Shown: positions 36,785 to 49,615 of the stretch, one piece after another
Layout: the number at the start of each line of letters is the position of its first letter
Position numbering within the stretch: position 1 is the stretch's first letter
Assembly (NCBI GenBank): GCA_030390025.1
Contig: JASTWF010000033.1
Location: 5,520,001-5,584,000, forward strand
Length of the DNA: 64,000 bases
From: Squalus acanthias
Taxonomy: Eukaryota
Direction of reading: 5' to 3'
Position numbers and translations under genes: made by a program
Notes under the pieces: model-generated
Told to the model about the DNA's origin: nothing
Seen by the model: only the letters and a program-made list of their open reading frames with translations
Databases searched by the model: none

Positions 36785-39700
36785 CTAGTAAACAGAGACA
36801 GGGTCTAGTGTAATATAAACAGAGACAGGGTCTAGTGTAATATAAACAGAGACAGGGTCCAGTGTAATATAAACAGAGACAGGGTCCAGTGTAATATCAA
36901 CAGAGACAGGGTCTAGTGTAATATAAACATAGACAGGGTCGAGTGTAATATAAACAGAGACAGGGCCTAGTGTAATATAAACAGAGACCGGGTCTCGTGT
37001 AATACAAACAGAGACAGGGTCCAATGTATATAAACAGAGACAGGCTCTAATGTAATATAAACAGAGACAGGGTCTAGTGTAATATAAACAGAGACAGGGT
37101 CTAGTGTAATATAAAGAGAGACAGGGTCTAGTGTAACATAAACAGAGACCGGGTCTAGTGTAATATAAACAGAGACAGGGTCTAGTGTAATATATACAGA
37201 GCCCGGGTCTAGTGTAATATAAACAGAGACAGGATCTAGTGTAATATAAACAGAGACAGGGTCTAGTGTAATATAAACAGAGACAGGGCCTAGTGTAATA
37301 TAAACAGAGACAGGGTCGAGTGTAATATAAACAGAGATAGGGTCTAGTGTAATATAAATAGAGACAGGGTCTAGTGTAATATAAACAGAGACAGGATCTA
37401 GTGTAATATAAACAGAGACAGGGCCTAGTGTAATATAAACAGAGACAGGGCCTAGTGTAATACAAACAGAGACAGGGTCTAGTGTAATATAAACAGAGAC
37501 AGGGTCTAGTGTAATATAAACAGAGACTGGGTCTAGTGTAATATAAACAGAGACAGGGTCTAGTGTAATATAAACAGAGACAGGGCCTAGTGTAATATAA
37601 ACAGAGATTGGGTCTAATGTATATAAACAGAGACAGGGTCTAGTGTAATATAAACAGAGACTGGGTCTAATGTATATAAACAGAGACAGGGTCTAGTGTA
37701 ATATAAACAGAGACAGGGTCTAGTGTAATATAAACTGAGACAGGGTCTAGTGTAATATAAACAGAGACAGTGTCTAGTGTAATATAAACAGAGAAATGGT
37801 CTAGTGTAATATAATCAGAGACAGGGTCTAGTGTAATATAAACAAAGACAGGGTCTAGTGTAATATAAACTGAGACAGGGTCTAGTGTAATATAAACAGA
37901 GACAGGGTCTAGTGTAATATAAACAGAGACAGGGTCTAGTGTAAAATAAACAGAGACAGGGTCTAGTGTAATATAAACAGAGACAGGGTCTAGTGTAATA
38001 TAAACAGAGACAGGGTCTAGTGTAATATAAACAGAGACAGGGTCTAGTGTAATATAAACAGAGACAGTGTCTTGTGTAATATAAACAGAGACAGGGTCTA
38101 GTGTAATATAAACAGAGACAGGGTCTAGTGTAATATAAACAGAGACAGGGTCTAGTGTATATAAACAGAGACAGGGTCTAGTGTAATATAAACAGAGACA
38201 GGGTCCAGTGTAATATAAACAGAGACAGGGTCTAGTGTAATATAAACAGAGACAGGCTCTCGTGTAATATAAACAGAGACAGGGTCTAGTGTAATATAAA
38301 CAGAGACAGGCTCTCGTGTAATATAAACAGAGACAGGGTCTAGTGTAATATAAAGAGAGACAGGGTCTAGTGCAATATAAACAGAGACAGGGTCTAGTGT
38401 AATATAAACAGAGACAGGCTCTCGTGTAATATAAACAGAGACAGGGTCTAGTGTAATATAAACAGAGACAGGGTCTAGTGTAATATAAACAGAGACAGGG
38501 TCTAGTGTAATATAAACAGAGACAGGCTCTCGTGTAATATAAACAGAGACAGGGTCTAGTGTAATATAAAGAGAGACAGGGCCTAGTGTAATATAAACAG
38601 AGACAGGCTCTCGTGTAATATAAACAGAGACAGGGTCTAGTGTAATATAAACAGAGACAGGGCCTAGTGTAATATAAACAGAGACAGAGTCTAGTGTAAT
38701 ATAAACAGAGACAGGGTCTAGTGTAATATAAACAGAGACAGGGTCTAGTGTAATATAAACAGAGACAGGGTCTAGTGTAATATAAACAGAGACAGGGTCT
38801 AGTGTAATATAAACAGAGACAGGGTCCAGTGTAATATAAACAGAGACAGGGTCTAGTGTAATATAAACAGAGACAGGGTCCAGTGTAATATAAACAGAGA
38901 CAGGCTCTAATGTAATATAAACAGAGACAGGGTCTAGTGTAATATAAACAGAGACAGGGTCTAGTGTAATATAAAGAGAGACAGGGTCTAGTGTAACATA
39001 AACAGAGACCGGGTCTAGTGTAATATAAACAGAGACAGGGTCTAGTGTAATATATACAGAGACAGGGTCTAGTGTAATATAAACAGAGACAGGATCTAGT
39101 GTAATATAAACAGAGACAGGGTCTAGTGTAATATAAACAGAGACAGGGCCTAGTGTAATATAAACAGAGACAGGGTCGAGTGTAATATAAACAGAGACAG
39201 GGTCTAGTGTAATATAAACAGAGACAGGGTCTAGTGTAATATAAACAGAGACAGGATCTAGTGTAATATAAACAGAGACAGGGCCTAGTGTAATATAAAC
39301 AGAGACAGGGTCTAGTGTAATATAAACAGAGACAGGGTCTAGTGTAATATAAACAGAGACAGGGTCTAGTGTAATATAAACAGAGACAGGGTCTAGTGTA
39401 ATATAAACAGAGACAGGGTCTAGTGTAATATAAACAGAGACAGGGCCTAGTGTAATATAAACAGAGACAGGGTCTAGTGTAATATAAACAGAGACAGGGT
39501 CTAGTGTAATATAAACAGAGACAGGGTCTAGTGTAATATAAACAGAGACAGGGTCTAGTGTAATATAAACAGAGACAGGGTCTAGTGTAATATAAACAGA
39601 GACAGGGTCTAGTGTAATATAAACAGAGACTGGGTCTAATGTATATAAACAGAGACAGGGTCTAGTGTAATATAAACAGAGACAGGGTCTAGTGTAATAT

Positions 39701-42700
39701 AAACAGAGACAGGGTCTAGTGTAATATAAACAGAGACAGGGTCTAGTGTAATATAAACAGAGACAGGGTCTAGTGTAATATAAACAGAGACAGGGTCTAG
39801 TGTAATATAAACAGAGACAGGGTCTAGTGTAATATAAACAGAGACAGGGTCTAGTGTAATATAAACAGAGACAGGGTCTAGTGTAATATAAACAGAGACA
39901 GGGTCTAGTGTAATATAAACAGAGACAGGGTCTAGTGTAATATAAACAGAGACAGGGTCTAGTGTAATATAAACAGAGACAGGGTCTAGTGTAATATAAA
40001 CAGAGACAGGGTCTAGTGTAATATAAACAGAGACAGGGTCTAGTGTAATATAAACAGAGACAGGGTCTAGTGTAATATAAACAGAGACAGTGTCTAGTGT
40101 AATATAAACAGAGACAGGGTCTAGTGTAATATAAACAGAGACAGGGTCTAGTGTAATATAAACAGAGACAGGGTCTAGTGTATATAAACAGAGACAGGGT
40201 CTTGTGTAATATAAACAGAGACAGGGTCTAGTGTAATATAAACAGAGACAGGGTCTAGTGTAATATAAACAGAGACAGGGCTCTAGTGTAATATAAACAG
40301 AGACAGGGTCTAGTGTAATATAAACAGAGACAGGGTCTAGTGTAATATAAACAGAGACAGGGTCTAGTGTAATATAAACAGAGACAGGGTCTAGTGTAAT
40401 ATAAACAGAGACAGGGTCTAGTGTAATATAAACAGAGACAGGGTCTAGTGTAATATAAACAGAGACAGGGTCTAGTGTAATATAAACAGAGACAGGGTCT
40501 AGTGTAATATAAACAGAGACAGGGTCTAGTGTAATATAAACAGAGACAGGGCTCTAGTGTAATATAAACAGAGACAGGGTCTAGTGTAATATAAAGAGAG
40601 ACAGGGCCTAGTGTAATATAAACAGAGACAGGCTCTCGTGTAATATAAACAGAGACAGGGTCTAGTGTAATATAAACAGAGACAGGGCCTAGTGTGATAT
40701 AAACAGAGACAGGGTCTAGTGTAATATAAACAGAGACAGGGTCTAGTGTAATATAAACAGAGACAGGGTCTAGTGTAATATAAACAGAGACAGGGTCTAG
40801 TGTAATATAAACAGAGACAGGGTCTAGTGTAATATAAACAGAGACAGGGTCTAGTGTAATATAAACAGAGACAGGGTCTAGTGTAATATAAACAGAGACA
40901 GGGTCTAGTGTAATATAAACAGAGACAGGGCTCTAGTGTAATATAAACAGAGACAGGGTCTAGTGTAATATAAACAGAGACAGGGTCTAGTGTAATATAA
41001 AGAGAGACAGGGTCTAGTGTAACATAAACAGAGACCGGGTCTAGTGTAATATAAACAGAGACAGGGTCTAGTGTAATATATACAGAGCCCGGGTCTAGTG
41101 TAATATAAACAGAGACAGGATCTAGTGTAATATAAACAGAGACAGGGTCTAGTGTAATATAAACAGAGACAGGGCCTAGTGTAATATAAACAGAGACAGG
41201 GTCTAGTGTAATATAAACAGAGATAGGGTCTAGTGTAATATAAACAGAGACAGGGTCTAGTGTAATATAAACAGAGACAGGATCTAGTGTAATATAAACA
41301 GAGACAGGGCCTAGTGTAATATAAACAGAGACAGGGCCTAGTGTAATACAAACAGAGACAGGGTCTAGTGTAATATAAACAGAGACAGGGTCTAGTGTAA
41401 TATAAACAGAGACTGGGTCTAGTGTAATATAAACAGAGACAGGGTCTAGTGTAATATAAACAGAGACAGGGCCTAGTGTAATATAAACAGAGACTGGGTC
41501 TAATGTATATAAACAGAGACAGGGTCTAGTGTAATATAAACAGAGACAGGGTCTAGTGTAATATAAACAGAGACAGGGTCTAGTGTAATATAAACAGAGA
41601 CAGGGTCTAGTGTAATATAAACAGAGACAGGGTCTAGTGTAATATAAACAGAGACAGGGTCTAGTGTAATATAAACAGAGACAGGGTCTAGTGTAATATA
41701 ATCAGAGACAGGGTCTAGTGTAATATAAACAGAGACAGGGTCTAGTGTAATATAAACTGAGACAGGGTCTAGTGTAATATAAACAGAGACAGGGTCTAGT
41801 GTAATATAAACAGAGACAGGGTCTAGTGTAATATAAACAGAGACAGGGTCTAGTGTAATATAAACAGAGACAGGGTCTAGTGTAATATAAACAGAGACAG
41901 GGTCTAGTGTAATATAAACAGAGACAGGGTCTAGTGTAATATAAACAGAGACAGGGTCTAGTGTAATATAAACAGAGACAGGGTCTAGTGTAATATAAAC
42001 AGAGACAGGGTCTAGTGTAATATAAACAGAGACAGGGTCTAGTGTAATATAAACAGAGACAGGGTCTAGTGTAATATAAACAGAGACAGGGTCTAGTGTA
42101 ATATAAACAGAGACAGGGTCTAGTGTAATATAAACAGAGACAGGGTCTAGTGTAATATAAACAGAGACAGGGTCTAGTGTAATATAAACAGAGACAGGGT
42201 CTAGTGTAATATAAACAGAGACAGGGTCTAGTGTAATATAAACAGAGACAGGGTCTAGTGTAATATAAACAGAGACAGGGTCTAGTGTAATATAAACAGA
42301 GACAGGGTCTAGTGTAATATAAACAGAGACAGGGTCTAGTGTAATATAAACAGAGACAGGGTCTAGTGTAATATAAACAGAGACAGGTCTAGTGTAATAT
42401 AAACAGAGACAGGGTCTAGTGTAATATAAACAGAGACAGGGTCTAGTGTAATATAAACAGAGACAGGGTCTAGTGTAATATAAACAGAGACAGGGTCTAG
42501 TGTAATATAAACAGAGACAGGGTCTAGTGTAATATAAACAGAGACAGGGTCTAGTGTAATATAAACAGAGACAGGGCCTAGTGTAATATAAACAGAGACA
42601 GGGTCTAGTGTAATACAAACAGAGACAGGGTCTAGTGTAATATAAACAGAGACAGGGTCTAGTGTAATATAAACAGAGACAGGGTCTAGTGTAATATAAA

Positions 42701-44283
42701 CAGAGACAGGGTCTAGTGTAATATAAACAGAGACAGGGTCTAGTGTAATATAAACAGAGACAGGGTCTAGTGTAATATAAACAGAGACAGGGTCTAGTGT
42801 AATATAAACAGAGACAGGGTCTAGTGTATATAAACAGAGACAGGGTCTAGTGTAATATAAACAGAGACAGGGTCTAGTGTAATATAAACAGAGACAGGGT
42901 CTAGTGTAATATAAACAGAGACAGGGTCTAGTGTAATATAAACAGAGACAGGGTCTAGTGTAATATAAACAGAGACAGGGTCTAGTGTAATATAAACAGA
43001 GACAGGGTCTAGTGTAATATAAACAGAGACAGGGTCTAGTGTAATATAAACAGAGACAGGGTCTAGTGTAATATAAACAGAGACAGGGTCTAGTGTAATA
43101 TAAACAGAGACAGGGTCTAGTGTAATATAAACAGAGACAGGGTCTAGTGTAATATAAACAGAGACAGGGTCTAGTGTAATATAAACAGAGACAGGGTCTA
43201 GTGTAATATAAACAGAGACAGGGTCTAGTGTAATATAAACAGAGACAGGGTCTAGTGTAATATAAACAGAGACAGGGTCTAGTGTAATATAAACAGAGAC
43301 AGGGTCTAGTGTATATAAACAGAGACAGGGTCTAGTGTAATATAAACAGAGACAGGGTCTAGTGTAATATAAACAGAGACAGGGTCTAGTGTAATATAAA
43401 CAGAGACAGGGCTCTAGTGTAATATAAACAGAGACAGGGTCTAGTGTAATATAAACAGAGACAGGGTCTAGTGTAATATAAACAGAGACAGGGTCTAGTG
43501 TAATATAAACAGAGACAGGGTCTAGTGTAATATAAACAGAGACAGGGTCTAGTGTAATATAAACAGAGACAGGGTCTAGTGTAATATAAACAGAGACAGG
43601 GTCTAGTGTAATATAAACAGAGACAGGGTCTAGTGTAATATAAACAGAGACAGGGTCTAGTGTAATATAAACAGAGACAGGGTCTAGTGTAATATAAACA
43701 GAGACAGGGTCTAGTGTAATATAAACAGAGACAGGGTCTAGTGTAATATAAACAGAGACAGGGTCTAGTGTAATATAAACAGAGACAGGGTCTAGTGTAA
43801 TATAAACAGAGACAGGGTCTAGTGTAATATAAACAGAGACAGGGTCTAGTGTAATATAAACAGAGACAGGGTCTAGTGTAATATAAACAGAGACAGGGTC
43901 TAGTGTAATATAAACAGAGACAGGGTCTAGTGTAATATAAACAGAGACAGGGTCTAGTGTAATATAAACAGAGACAGGGTCTAGTGTAATATAAACAGAG
44001 ACAGGGTCTAGTGTAATATAAACAGAGACAGGGTCTAGTGTAATATAAACAGAGACAGGGTCTAGTGTAATATAAACAGAGACAGGGTCTAGTGTAATAT
44101 AAACAGAGACAGGGTCTAGTGTAATATAAACAGAGACAGGGTCTAGTGTAATATAAACAGAGACAGGGTCTAGTGTAATATAAACAGAGACAGGGTCTAG
44201 TGTAATATAAACAGAGACAGGGTCTAGTGTAATATAAACAGAGACAGGGTCTAGTGTAATATAAACAGAGACAGGGTCTAGTG
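36785..44283. repeat. 27-bp minisatellite B expanded to about 7.5 kb (roughly 275 copies)
   Basis: Tandem AGAGACAGGGTCTAGTGTAATATAAAC with recurring variant blocks. Confidence 0.98.
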
Positions 44284-44334
44284 CCAGGATATCGGGTCAG
44301 GCCCACCTTGTAAAATGAGTTTGACTCCCCTGCG

Positions 44335-44745
44335 GTTGTTCTCCTTCGAGCAGAGAATCCCAAGAGGAGATTTGAGAGAGGTGTTTAAAATCACGAAGTG
44401 TTTAGATAGAGTAAATAAAGAGAAACTGTTTCCAGTGACTGAAGGGTCGATAACCAGAGGGCACTGATTGAAGGTGATTAACAAAAGAACCAGAGGTGAC
44501 ACGAGGAAAAACCTTTTTACACAACGAGTGGTTAGGATCTGGAATGCACTGCCTGATAGGCTGGTGGATACAGATTCAATAGTAGCCTTCAAAATGGAAT
44601 TGGAGAAATACTTGAAGGAGAAAACATTGCAGGGGTTTGGGGAATGAGGTGAGTGGGACTAACTGGATTGCTCTTCGAAAGAGCCGGCACAGACTCGATG
44701 GGCAGAATAGCCTCCTTCTGTGCGGTACTATTCGATGATTGTATG
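44335..44745 (+). mobile_element. CR1 3' fragment
   Basis: RGDLREVFKI..FTQRVVRIWNALP-like translation and a CR1-type tail. Confidence 0.8.
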
Positions 44746-46073
44746 ACAATCTCTTTCTATTTTAATATTTATGATGTTATTTTCGGCAGTACATCCCACA
44801 GCTGGAATCTGAGCATCACCCACAGGAGTGTAGACTGATGTGAAACCATCTTTAACGGTCTACTGACTCCTGACGTAGCTGGAAAAGCTTTTGCTGTTAT
44901 TCCCACAATTGGGCACCATCAGCTTTTCCAAAGATCTCTGAGCTTCTCTAATGGCTGCTTTCCTCTCCCTCCATTGTGGGTGATATTTCTCCCTATTCTC
45001 CTGTAAACTGAATCCATCTTGATCTGAACTGGGTTCAATGTGAGACAGTTCGGGGAGTCAGGCATCATTCACCCCTCGACCTACACTGACAGGTTAAACC
45101 CCAGACAGCTCCTTAGTAAGGATTCCTTTGGTTCCTCACCATATATGTGTCAGGATACTGAAACCCAGCTTTCTCACAGTCCACTCCTGGAGGCCCCACT
45201 CCCTGAGCCTACAACCTTCAGCAGGGTCAGTGCTGGAGTTCCGCAGCGGGAGTGATCCCAGAGTAACTGTCGGGATCGCACCCCGTGGATTTCCGGGTCG
45301 TGTATTTTTAGTTATCCTGCTGCCTAACACACACACATCAATAAAACAGGGAATTCCTGGAAACACGCTGCAGGTCCTTCTTTATCTGGACATCAAATGT
45401 CTGTTGTATAATTGTACCAGCAGTTAACAGGCTCCTGTGAACTCCTCCCTCTGCTATTTTAATGCAGACTTTAACCAATTTATTTTAAACGGGTTTATTT
45501 TAAATGAGCTAACACCTGCCTTAAAATGGTAGACTCAGGACTGTCTCACACACACATATTAAATCTTCGTGGAATAATTACCAGCCATTTTTAGACTGGA
45601 AACTTAACCCTGCCGTTTCACTTTCAGTCAGGAACAGATCGCAGTTTGACACCAATCTCTGATTTGACAGCACGTTTCCAGCATTCACCGTTGTTCTTCC
45701 TGACTCTAAACACAGTTGTAAAGGAGCCTTCTGTTCCGTGCCCAGGAGCTCTGACCCATGGGAGAGAGCGGCTGGGACACATTCCTTACAGGCCTCAAGA
45801 TTAACCTGCACGGGGACATTGCTGTCAGTGAAGAGAGACGAGAAAGACCAAAGTGCCGTTTGCCCCTCTCAGTGTGGCCCTGAAGGACTGTGTCCAGGCT
45901 GTAGTTCTGTTCCTGCCGTACGATCCTCCCCCCAGATTGTCCTTTCTGAGCTCCAGCCAGGTGATGCTAAACACTCAGGTGGGAACGACAAAAATCCACA
46001 ACAATGTGTTTAAAGCTAAGCTGATTTATTTGACATATATCCAGAATATTAATAACCCCCGTAACCTCTGCTG

Positions 46074-47027
46074 TCACTTGTGAACTTGCTGGTGTGTCAG
46101 CAGGTTGGATGACTGAGTGAATCCCTTTCCACACTCGGAACAGGTGAACGGTCTCTCCCCAGTGTGAACTCGCTGGTGTCTCAGCAGGTTGGATGAATCA
46201 CTGAATCCCTTCCCACACTCAGTGCAGGTGAACGGCCTCTCCCCAGTGTGAACTCGCTGGTGTGTCAGCAGGTTGGATGACTGAGTGAATCCCTTCCCAC
46301 ACTCAGAGCAGGTGAACGGTCTCTCCCCAGTGTGAACTCGCTGGTGGTACTGCAGATCCACTTTTCTTTTAAATTTCTTCTCACAGTCAGAACATTTAAA
46401 AGGTCTCTCATCAGTGTGAACAAGTTGGTGTGTTTGCAGGCTGGATGACTGATTGAATCCCTTCCCACACTCGGAGCACGTGAACGGCCTCTCCCCAGTG
46501 TGAACTCGCTGGTGTACAGTGAGGTTTGATGATTGCCTGAACCCAGTCCCGCAGTGAGAGCACCTGAACGGTTTCTCGTCAGTGTGAATACGTTGATGAC
46601 ACGTCAGTTCCCCGGAACATTTAAAGCACTTCCCGCAGTCCGGGCATTTAAAAGGTCTCTCGTCAGTGTGAACTCGCTGGTGTCTCAGCAGGTGGGATGA
46701 ATTAGTGAATCCCTTTCCACACTCGGAGCAGGTGAACGGCCTCTCCCCAGTGTGAACTCGCTGGTGTTTCAGAAGGTCGGATGAACACGTGAATCCCTTC
46801 CCACACTCGGAGCAGGTGAACGGCCTCTCCCCGGTGTGAACTCGTCTATGAGTTTCCAGCTCACACGGGTAGTTGAATCGCTTCCCACAGTCCCCACATT
46901 TACACGGTTTCTCCCCGGTGTGACTACGCTTGTGTCTCGACAGGTCAGATGATCGGCTGAAGCCTCGTCCACACACAGAACACGTGTACGGTTTCTCCCC
47001 GCTCTGAACGGTGCTTTCTGCTTCCAT
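46074..47027 (-). CDS. ZNF-a copy 3: intact C2H2 zinc-finger protein, 317 aa, 11 fingers, no effector domain visible
   Basis: ATG 47027, 11 complete CxxC-x12-HxxxH units with TGE(K/R)P or TDE(K/R)P linkers, splice acceptor at about 47120, intact promoter at 49140-49560. Confidence 0.93.
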   Translation of the reverse strand: MEAESTVQSGEKPYTCSVCGRGFSRSSDLSRHKRSHTGEKPCKCGDCGKRFNYPCELETHRRVHTGERPFTCSECGKGFTCSSDLLKHQRVHTGERPFTCSECGKGFTNSSHLLRHQRVHTDERPFKCPDCGKCFKCSGELTCHQRIHTDEKPFRCSHCGTGFRQSSNLTVHQRVHTGERPFTCSECGKGFNQSSSLQTHQLVHTDERPFKCSDCEKKFKRKVDLQYHQRVHTGERPFTCSECGKGFTQSSNLLTHQRVHTGERPFTCTECGKGFSDSSNLLRHQRVHTGERPFTCSECGKGFTQSSNLLTHQQVHK

Positions 47028-48190
47028 GCTCAAAGGTCCTGATGAATCGAGTGACTCTGTCAGATCTTGAAGTGATGTTTGGTTTGAGTTTCCCGTCTGC
47101 AAATCCGCCCCTTCTAATACTGTGTAAAATTAATTTAAAACAGGAAAAAGGGAGGGTGAGAGAGAACCCACAAAAACACAAAGGCAGGTTGTGAAATTGA
47201 GCTGAATGAATCTGGGAATTTGTGGGGTCGGCACTAGAAAAAAGTGACCATGAAAGCTGCCGGATTGTCGTAAAAACCCAACTGGTTCACTAATGTCCTT
47301 CAGGGAAGGGAACCCGCCACCCGGTCTGGGCCTACACAAGACTCTGGCCTCTATGGGAGGAGAGAGAGCGAGGTGGGAGGGGGAGCAGTGAAGGAGTTAC
47401 TTTATACATCTGCAACTCGACTGGAACTTTGACAGCACCTCCCAAACACGTGACCTCCACTACCTAGAAGGACAAGGGCAGCAGGTGCATGGGAACACCA
47501 TCACCTCCCAGTTCCCCTCCAAGTCACACACTATCCTGACTTGGGCATATATCGCCGTTCCTACATCGTCGCTGGGTGAAAATCCTGGAACTCCTCACCG
47601 AACAGCATTCTGAGAGTACCCTCACCACACGGACTGCAGAGGTTCAAGAAGAAGGTCCAGCATCACCTTCTCAACGGGCAACTGGGGACTGGCAATATAT
47701 GCTGGCCTTGCTAGTGACACCCACATCGAATGAATTTAAAAAATCTGTATATATAAAATGGATTGAAAGCCTCTACAGAAATACTTGTTCCTGAAACGAT
47801 AATCTTTTACACTGTATGGACAGTGTCTGTTTAGCACCTTAATCTCCCCTAGAATCCACCTCCCTTCACAGTCCCACATTGGAAATTGTTGGGTCCCACT
47901 GGGCTCAGAAGTACTGGGGGTTAAACCCAACAGCTTCTCCCCCCTCTCCACACCAGCTCAAACTGATGCAACATGAAAGCCCTACACAGGAGGCCAGGGA
48001 GCGAGTTCCACATCCACCGCCCACCCTGATGCTAACCGGCTCTGAATTGCTCCCTCTGCTGTATAAATGCAAGTTGTTGTGTTTCTTGTCTGGGGGAGGT
48101 GCTGCACCCTGGGGTTAATGGTGCCGGGGTCCTGACCGGACGTCCGCCGGCTCTGACTCGGGGCCTGAGACCCACACTCGGTGTTGCTGA

Positions 48191-48975
48191 GGGATTCCAA
48201 CCCTGGGACTGTACATGGGGATTCCAACCCTGGGACTGTACATGGGGATTCCAACCCTGGGACCGTACATGGGGATTCTAACCCTGAGACTGTACATGGG
48301 GATTCCAACCCTGGGATTGTACATGGGGATTCTAACCCTGTGACTGTACATGGGGATTCCAACCCTGGGACTGTACATGGGGATTCTAACCCTGGGACTG
48401 TACATGGGGAGTCTAACCCTGGGACTGTACATGGGGATTCCAACCCTGGGATTGTACATGGGGATTCTAACCCTGGGACTGTACATGGGGATTCTAACCC
48501 TGGGACTGTACATGGGGATTCTAACCCTGGGACTGTACATGGAGATTCTAACCCTGGGACTGTACATGGGGATTCCAACCCTGGGACTGTACATGGGAAT
48601 TCTAACCCTGGGACTGCACATGGGGATTCCAACCCTGGAACTGTACATGGGGATTCTAACCCTGGGACTGTACATGGGGATTCTAACCCTGGGACTGTAC
48701 ATGGGGATTCTAACCCTGGGACTGTACATGGGGATTCCAACCCTGGGACTGTACATGGGGATTCCAACCCTGGGACTGTACATGGGGATTCTAACCCTGG
48801 GACTGTACATGGGGATTCGAACCCTGGGACTGTACATGGGGATTCTAACCCTGGGACTGTACATGGGGATTCTAACCCTGGGACTGTACATGGGGATTCC
48901 AACCCTGGGACTGTACATGGGGATTCCTGTCCTGGGACTGTACATGGGGATTCCTATCCTGGGACTGTACAAGGG
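48191..48975. repeat. 27-bp minisatellite A, about 29 copies
   Basis: Tandem GGGATTCYAACCCTGGGACTGTACATG between the promoter and the ZNF exon. Confidence 0.95.
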
Positions 48976-49139
48976 GAGCCCAGCTCTGGGGCTCTTCTGT
49001 TACAATTGTGTGGGATGTTAACCGTATGCTCTGCTTTTACCAGCGCCTTCAGGAGAGATGGTGAGAAATCCGAAGTGTGGAGTGTCTGAATCAAATAACT
49101 GAGTTAAAAATTTACTTCCCGGGTAGTAGGACCCGGTTG

Positions 49140-49560
49140 GGAACAGACACTGAGGCCCCGCCCACTCTTTGTTCCTCACGAAGATGACCGCGCATGCGCT
49201 TTGCTACTCACTGAATCAAGATGGCGGCCGTTATCCTGGCCTGTGACCGGGAGAAGCCCCGAAGCTGCAAACGCGGGACCTTCAGGTTATTATTCGCGGC
49301 TTTTGGCCTACACTAGTTTTTCATGAAGCCTCCCCACCCACCCACCGGTTCATTGCTCTGCTCCGTCCGCCCGCTTCTTAGCAATTAACCGGAACTGGTC
49401 TGTAACCTCGCTCTGCGAACTCTCTCTCCAATTACACGCACCGCGCATGCTCCAAAAATAGGCGGTCCTGCGCCTGCGCACTGGGCTTCTGTAGTCTGGG
49501 TGCGGCACATTCTCCCCCGTGGCGAATGCTGGGTAAAAGCCCCGCCATTGAAAGGCCACA
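49140..49560 (-). promoter_or_regulatory. CpG-rich promoter of the intact ZNF-a gene
   Basis: GCGCATGCGC (about 49190), AAGATGGCGGC (about 49218), CCCCGCCC (about 49156); reverse complement of 1700-2110. Confidence 0.6.
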
Positions 49561-49615
49561 TTAGTGAGTAGAAGATGATTTACTGAGATTGCATTGAGCA
49601 CTGAACAATATTCAT

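Noticed and set aside
36785..44363. Long YYTRPCLCL / VYITLDPVS repeat ORFs
   Set aside because: Artefacts of a 27-bp satellite; frames break at indels and there is no unique coding context
44780..45125. Novel unique sequence
   Set aside because: Minus strand translates to NSKSFSSYVRS..FTSVYT, typical of an old LINE ORF2 linker
47982..49089. GTVHGDSNP / ESPCTVPGL repeat ORFs (also at 2.2-2.8 kb and 23.7-24.2 kb)
   Set aside because: Open in several frames on both strands because the unit is a stop-poor multiple of 3
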